A stretch of 63,866 bases of DNA, counting the filler, from Craspedostauros australis (Eukaryota): NCBI GenBank assembly GCA_030167865.1. It is 12 parts of 12 records of this genome, joined end to end, with 100 filler letters (N's around TTAATTAATTAA, not from the genome) between each part and the next. Parts side by side here need not be neighbours in the genome. Positions count along the whole stretch, not along the records: positions 52,762 to 60,383 come from JALAGF010003732.1; positions 60,484 to 63,866 come from JALAGF010003740.1; 10 more parts are not named here. One strand, given 5' to 3'. This document shows positions 57,621 through 63,866 of this stretch, piece after piece; the stretch's first letter is position 1, and the number at the start of each line of letters is the position of its first letter. The notes beneath the pieces are model-generated. The model was not told where the DNA came from and did no database searches. It worked only from the letters and a program-made list of their open reading frames with translations. Made by a program: the position numbers and the translations under genes.

Positions 57621-60383
57621 AGTATGGTAACAGCTGGAAGAAGAACCGTGAGAATTTCGTGGACACCTGGCAAGGCATCATCTCCGATATCGAAGATATG
57701 GAGGATGACGCCCTGCCGGACAACACGAAGAAGACATGGCTGCACAACTCGATCGCTCCGGACAAGGATCTTCTCAATGCTCTCACGAGCACTTCCTACG
57801 TCCATGACGAGATGCTCGCAGCCATGCCCTCCGGTTTCGAGATCAAGGCGGCTGGATTCGATCACCATCTCAACTCGGTTCGGATCCATGCTCAGCGCCT
57901 CGATTCCTCTCATCCTCGTCAGGTTCAAAAGCGTAATGTCAACAACGCTACGACTGGCAAGGGAAAGGGTGGTTCTTCGGGCAAGTCTCCTGCCAAAGGC
58001 AATGGCAAGACTTACACCAACGACAAGCGTACCCGCATTCCGAATGAGGAGTGGGCCACCATGTCTTGGTCCCAGAAGAAGGACTACATGCACAACAACT
58101 CGTCCCGTGGTGCTGGCAAGGGCGACACTTCACGTGCTGCCAATCAAGCCAAGTCCTCTGGGAACTCTTCGTCCGACACGGTACCAGGGTCCTCCACGCC
58201 GTCAGCTTCCGGGGGCACTGCGGAACCCAAGGGCGGTCCCCCGGGATCTGCCATCAACCGCATGCTCGCCCAGGCGCGTCAGTCCAGTCAATCGACCGCT
58301 GACTTCGTCGATTCTGAGGGTGGTGCATGGAGACGTGTCAACTCTACTGTGGTCCGCTACAACTTCGAGACCTCGGTGGCGGCGAAGACGGGTGCACTCG
58401 TCGACAATGGCGCCAATGGCGGCCTCGCTGGCGATGATGTTCTGGTCCTGTGCAAGACGGGTACCACGGCAGACGTGAGCGGCATTGGTGATTCCACCAT
58501 TGCGAGTCTGGATATTGGCACGGTCGCGGCCCTGCTTCATACGAGCAGTGGCCCGATCATCGCTAAGTTCCACCAGTACGCTCTATACGGGAAGGGCAAG
58601 TCCATCCACTCTACCAACCAACTCTCCGCGTTCGGTATGGATGTGAATGAACGCCCACGTGGACTCCCTGGCGGTCGGCAAACTGTCGTCACGCCTGAGG
58701 GGCACGTCATCCCGCTGTCCATTCGTGCTGGCCTGTCCTACATGGATATGCGCCCACCGACCCCTGCTGAGATGGATCGGTACCCTCATGTGGACTTCAC
58801 GTCCGACGACGTCTGGGACCCTTCCATCCTCGATCAGGAGTTCGGTCTTGATGATGTCCGCGCTCTCGCGGACGATGATGATGATGATTCCGCGCTCGCC
58901 GACCTCGATCGCCTGCATGTGTATGCGGCATCGACGGATGAGGCCCGCGGGACAGTACCGCATTCTGGGTCCGCTGGCAATTCCGGTTCCGTTCGTGTTC
59001 GCAACTCGCCCATCGACTATGAGGCACTGCGTCCACACTTCGGCTGGATCCCTGCTCGTCGGATCAAGGAAACTCTCGGTTGCACTTCCCAGTGGTACCG
59101 CACTTCGGAACGACTCGCGATGCGCAAGCATTTCCGCACTCGTTTTCCGGCGGCCAACGTNNNNNNNNNNNNNNNNNNNNNNNNNNNNNNNNNNNNNNNN
59201 NNNNNNNNNCCCGCTCATGATGACGGTGTCCCTGGCCATGGTGGCTGCACCATGATCCAGGTGTTCGTTGCGCTCGACTCTCGGTACACATCGGGATTCC
59301 CGATGGCGTCCGAGCGGCAAGTCGCGGACTCCTTGCTCGACTTCATTCGTCGACATGGAGCGCCCGACTTGCTAATGTTGGACAACGCGAAATCAGAGGT
59401 GGGATTCAAAGTGCGAGACATCCTGCGTCAATACGCAATCAAGGATCACCAGAGTGAACCAGAGCACCAGCACCAGAACGGAGCCGAGCGCCGCATACAG
59501 GACATCAAACGTACTGTCAACGGCGTCATGGATCGCACGGGTACTCCGTCGCGGTTCTGGCTCATCTGCACGATGTATGTCATTGATCTCTTCAATCACA
59601 CCGCGCAGCGCACGTGTGGTAACGTGACCCCGTCACAGGCTGCCTTCGGGCAGTGTCCTGATGTCAGCAAGTACCTTGCGTACTACTGGTGGCAACCGGT
59701 CTACTACCGTGTGGAACGTCCTGGCTTCCCGAGTGAGTCCAAGGAGCGCCGCGGCCACTGGGCCGGTCCGTGCCTCCACAAGGGCGACGACCTCACATTC
59801 TGGGTGCTCGACGATGCAATGCAACAACTCCTGCCTCGGTCTGCTATCCGCGCCGCCGATGATGCCTCTACTCGCAATTTGAGAGCCGACTTTCCTTTCC
59901 ACTCGTGGGGGAGGATGCCGATTCTGCGACTACTGTATCAGACAGCGATGACGGTGACTACACAGACAACACCATTCCCTCCGATGTTGAACCCATCGTT
60001 CACGCATTNNNNNNNNNNNNNNNNNNNNNNNNNNNNNNNNNNNNNNNNNNNNNNNNNNNNNNNNNNNNNNTTTCCGTTCCAAAGTTCACACCCGAAGAAC
60101 TTTTGGGCAAAACAATTTTGTTCCACCACAATGGACAAAACGTCCGTGCCGAAGTGATCCAAAAGATCAACGATTCAGACGATGAGAACCATCAGCGTAT
60201 CAAGATGCTCCTATCACTTAACGATGGGGAGCTTCACGAACTGATTTCGTATGTCGAACTTTCCGACGTCTTCGAGCAACAAACCACGGATGGTGCGAGG
60301 AACAACCCGCAGGCAGGGAGCACATGGTCTTTCCAAGACATCGTGGACCACGAAGGTCCCCTCGCTCAGACATCCCCATCCTA
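57620..60383 (+). mobile_element. Ty1/copia LTR retrotransposon (diatom CoDi-like): gag C-terminus, protease, integrase, start of chromo-like region; no LTR or RT visible; frameshift near 59900
   Basis: Protease ALVDNGANGGLAG; YEALRPHFGW...KHFRTRFPAAN; integrase LDNAKSE and SEPEHQHQNGAERRIQDIK; FPSESKERRGHWAG; then in a shifted frame FTPEELLGKT...WSFQDIVDHEGPL. Confidence 0.9.
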
Positions 60384-61356
60384 NNNNNNNNNNNNNNNNN
60401 NNNNNNNNNNNNNNNNNNNNNNNNNNNTTAATTAATTAANNNNNNNNNNNNNNNNNNNNNNNNNNNNNNNNNNNNNNNNNNNNAAATATTCTGGTGCTCA
60501 AAGCAATGCATTTTGTGTGCAATGCATTGGTACCATATGATGAATCGGTGCCAAGCTGTTGTTTCTTGCATCTCAGGACCAATTCGCCTCAGGGTGCATG
60601 TCTTGAGCAATGCTCCAGCTTGACAACTTGGCCAAAGGCATCATTGGATAAAAGATGTGCGGCATTGGCATCAACACTGAGCCATCGCACACATCTCCAG
60701 CATGATGCGTGATCCAGTCTCAGCTGTGTCGTCCGTCAGCTTCACGTTTCTGTACAACGCGTGCATCCTCCACTCGAACTTGTTCAGATGGGGGAATTGA
60801 AGCACCAGCCACCGCGCTCATCATCTTGACGGCATTTGCGGAAGGAGGTGTGCTCAGGCGGATATTGCTATTGTGGTAGTCGGATATCATGGTGTGCGAG
60901 GTGTTCTGTGGGAAGTGCACAACAAGGGAAACGAGCGTGATGGAAAAGCTATCACAGCAACCAAGTCGCTCGCACCAACAGTCACGCCGTTGGATGCACA
61001 CCCTGTGGTCCGGCACAGCTTGGCACAAACAGGGCAGGGCTATCGAATGACTCAATGGACTCAAGAAAATCGAGTTCGGTCACATGGATTCCTTCTTTGT
61101 GTTTCTTTCGTGTTGTTTGTGTGTGTGTGTTGTGGTTGATGTCGAGAAAGATCTCGTGCCAAACCAGAGTGCGATCATGGAACAGAGAAACAGAACGTGC
61201 GAACAAGACAACGACAACCTTGCTATTCCTTGCAACAGTTTGGTCTCATACCATCAGTCAGCATCTTCATCATAAGACCGACTCGTACCGTGAACACATT
61301 GAGCAATCATCCAGCAATTGTTTGTTCTCCCAACAGCTCAACAACCAACGACCAAC

Positions 61357-62871
61357 ATGCCGAATGTCTCAGACGAACAACTCATTGAAGCTGCTCGTGC
61401 AGGTGATCTGTCGGTGTTGAAGGAATGGAAGGAGCAGAACGAAGGACGTGATGTCAACACGGTCAAAGACGGCAATGGCAGCACTCCCCTTCATTGGGCA
61501 TGCGATGGAGGCCACCTCGAGTGCGTCAAGTACCTCATCGAATCCACCAACGCCGATGTCAACTGCAAGAACAATGGTGGTTGGACTCCCCTTCATCGAG
61601 CATGCTTCTGGGACCAGTCTGAATGTGTGAAGTACCTCATCGAATCAACCAACGCCGATGTCAACTGCAAGAACAAATCTGGCTACACTCTACTTCATAT
61701 AGCATGCGTCAGAGGCAGCCTGGAATGTGTCAAGCACCTCGTCGAATCAACCAAGGTCAATATCGACATCCAAAACAACGACAACAAAACACCCGCCGAA
61801 TTAATCGAAGCGAAATATCAGGTGAGGATGATGACATCAATCATGAAGCGTCTCGGTCATCTCAGTCAACGCAACTTGCAACTGCAGACACAGCTGCAAA
61901 CAGAGACGCAGGTGCGCAAGCAAAGCCACACAAACACCATCACAACACCAACCAAGCACGACAATCCTAAAATCCACACAACAACCAACATCAGCATCGA
62001 CCAAGATCGTCGCAGCGCTGTTCGTTCTGAGGCCAAGGCAGACATCACCTTCCTGTGCGGACAAGGCGACGAACAACAGTCAATCAAAGCAAACTCCGGA
62101 GTCCTCATGGTCACTGTTCCGTCCATTCAGACATTGATCGACTCGGGAATCCAACATCAGCATGTCGATGACGGCACTGATGATGACACTGATTCTGTCA
62201 CTGCCCCACCCCGCAGGCTCATCCCTCTTCCCAACCATCAACCCAAACATGTCCAACGTGTCCTCCAATGCATCTACACAGGCGAGATATCCTTCGATCA
62301 CAGCGCTCACAACGATACTGATACCCGCGATGGCGCTCATGACGATGATGATGGTGCTGACCAGCCAACTTCCACCCGCGATGGACAGGACGATCTACAA
62401 CAGCTGATCCTTGTGGCCAACGAGTTCGGCTTCTGGCGACTCAAGCTCGTTATCGAAGCAGAGTTAGTCCACACTCATCTCACAGAGGACACCATGATAG
62501 ATATGGTGATATTCGCTGATCAACACAACTGCGTGGTGTTGAAGGATGCAGCAACGAGAATGGCAGCTGAAAGTGAGAAAGATATGTTCGCTCATCCAGA
62601 TTTCAGCAAGCTGATTCTACATCCCCAACTGATGGGAGGCATTCATGCCATCTGCAGTGGGAGAGCAGTAAGCAATGAAGTTGATGATGAGTACAGTGCC
62701 ATGTCCATGATGGATTTGTACAAGGTCGTGGATGAAAGTGAGGGTGCTGCGCAAGTGGATTCATACATGGATCGCGCAACGTTGATGAACCTTGTGCGGT
62801 CCGTCACACCTTCCAGGGTGACTGAGGCCGATACCGCTGCCGCTGAAGAAGAGGAAATGAATAGGCTGTAA
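61357..62871 (+). CDS. Ankyrin-repeat + BTB/POZ domain protein
   Basis: Three TPLH/TLLH-type 34-aa ankyrin repeats plus caps. BTB ADITFLC...IKANSGVL...VLQCIYTG...LILVANEFG..LKLVIE, followed by BACK-like FADQHNCVVLKDAA. Confidence 0.88.
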   Translation: MPNVSDEQLIEAARAGDLSVLKEWKEQNEGRDVNTVKDGNGSTPLHWACDGGHLECVKYLIESTNADVNCKNNGGWTPLHRACFWDQSECVKYLIESTNADVNCKNKSGYTLLHIACVRGSLECVKHLVESTKVNIDIQNNDNKTPAELIEAKYQVRMMTSIMKRLGHLSQRNLQLQTQLQTETQVRKQSHTNTITTPTKHDNPKIHTTTNISIDQDRRSAVRSEAKADITFLCGQGDEQQSIKANSGVLMVTVPSIQTLIDSGIQHQHVDDGTDDDTDSVTAPPRRLIPLPNHQPKHVQRVLQCIYTGEISFDHSAHNDTDTRDGAHDDDDGADQPTSTRDGQDDLQQLILVANEFGFWRLKLVIEAELVHTHLTEDTMIDMVIFADQHNCVVLKDAATRMAAESEKDMFAHPDFSKLILHPQLMGGIHAICSGRAVSNEVDDEYSAMSMMDLYKVVDESEGAAQVDSYMDRATLMNLVRSVTPSRVTEADTAAAEEEEMNRL

Positions 62872-62879
62872 TCAGAGAA

Positions 62880-63866
62880 GTAGCTACTCTACCATATTTC
62901 GTAAGAAAGACATCAGTGATACATCCAATGGTGCGCCCGGAAAATCTTGGATTTGGCCTTTGGTGACTCGCGCAGCATGCTGTTCTACGCACGACTGTAT
63001 CGTTTGCAAAACAGCCTGACTGGTTGGACGGCAATGCGTGCTCTTTGGCCAATGCATTGCTGATGATCATGCCGCTGCGTTGCAGATGATCCTGGTTGAT
63101 GAACAGTACGTTGGTGTACCATACAGCATCATTGGGCAGTGCGGCATGAAGACGATGGTCTGGCCACCGCTGTTGTCGCTGTTGTCGTCGTCGCCAATCA
63201 AGTGTTTTCCGCGTTCGTTGGTTTCAATGATGTGGAAGGAGTTGTGCGGAAAAGGATGGTGGTATCCGCTGGTGCCATGCATGGATCATTGTACCCCACT
63301 GCAACTTGACAGGGCGGGATGTATGTATCGCGACTGTTGGCTCGTTGGTGTTGCTGCCGCCATTTTTGGATGGTATCACGCAAGTCGCAAGCGCATGCCA
63401 GCTGCCACATGGGCTCCAATGCGGCCGGCAAAGATGACGAGCCATGGGAAAAGTTGCTGATTCCTTGGCAGATGATTTCTCCGATTTGTGGGTCCGATGA
63501 CACAGTGCCTCCATCTCATCAGTTGCAGTTGTGGCTGCGATGCATCGCTTTGAGCTTCAGCATGAGCAGGCATTGGTGGTAATGATGCGTGCAGTGGTGG
63601 CGTAATAGAAGGAGTATCTCCTAACAGCTGGTGCTAAAGGTCCCAAAGAAGTTGCTGCGTCCGATCTCATGAATGTACTCGTCCAGCAGGTATTGAATCT
63701 CAGCTGCCGACGGCGCATCCGGTGTGGGCGCTGCTGCAGATCACTTGAATCCTGGGCTTATCACGGAACCATGGCGTCGTTTGCCACTGTTATTGGCACC
63801 GTTGTTGGTACTGCGATTGTTCATGTGATTGTTTACCTATGCAATTGCCTTGATATCTTCCTTTCT
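62880..63866 (-). pseudogene. SRR1-domain (sensitivity to red light reduced 1) pseudogene
   Basis: IICQGISNF, PMWQLACA, DPCM, NERGKH, IVFMPHCPMMLY, TNVL..N and IISNAL are spread over different frames, with frameshifts and stops. Confidence 0.7.

Noticed and set aside
9329..60483. Recurring TTAATTAATTAA palindrome as a biological repeat, CRISPR repeat or recombination site
   Set aside because: It is always centred in exactly 100 bp of N padding and is a standard six-frame-stop concatenation linker. Neighbouring contigs are not physically linked.

Overview
Eukaryotic nuclear DNA, almost certainly from a diatom: it has GT-AG introns, bipartite ASAF-type plastid presequences, a nuclear chlH, and diatom-type copia and non-LTR elements. 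The window is not one locus. It is 12 short contigs joined by artificial 100-bp N/TTAATTAATTAA/N linkers, and several contigs are redundant allelic or bubble paths. Host genes: a coiled-coil protein, a KOW/SH3-like protein, a two-exon FN3-CaaX microprotein, a type II membrane protein with at least 6 Cys-rich beta-sandwich repeats (three overlapping allelic contigs), an SGNH hydrolase, a 69-aa W-x-EL/GY/W two-repeat microprotein, a plastid Gfo/Idh/MocA oxidoreductase, a small plastid protein, a RanBD/PH-like acidic protein, a four-exon signal-peptide OEP24-like beta-barrel candidate, a MATE transporter, a SAC3/GANP-like protein, ATG6/Beclin, a sulfotransferase with an in-frame TAG, a GT92-like fragment, the chlH 3' end, an Ala-rich heptad microprotein, an ankyrin-BTB protein and an SRR1-like pseudogene. 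Mobile DNA: a young multicopy Ambal-like non-LTR retrotransposon (ORF1; APE-RT-RNase H-CCHC ORF2 lacking a usable AUG; 3' UNCG stem-loop), a CoDi-like Ty1/copia next to a degenerate ~160-bp tandem repeat, and two possible Stowaway/mariner-like termini. All family assignments are motif recognition by eye; no database searches were run.
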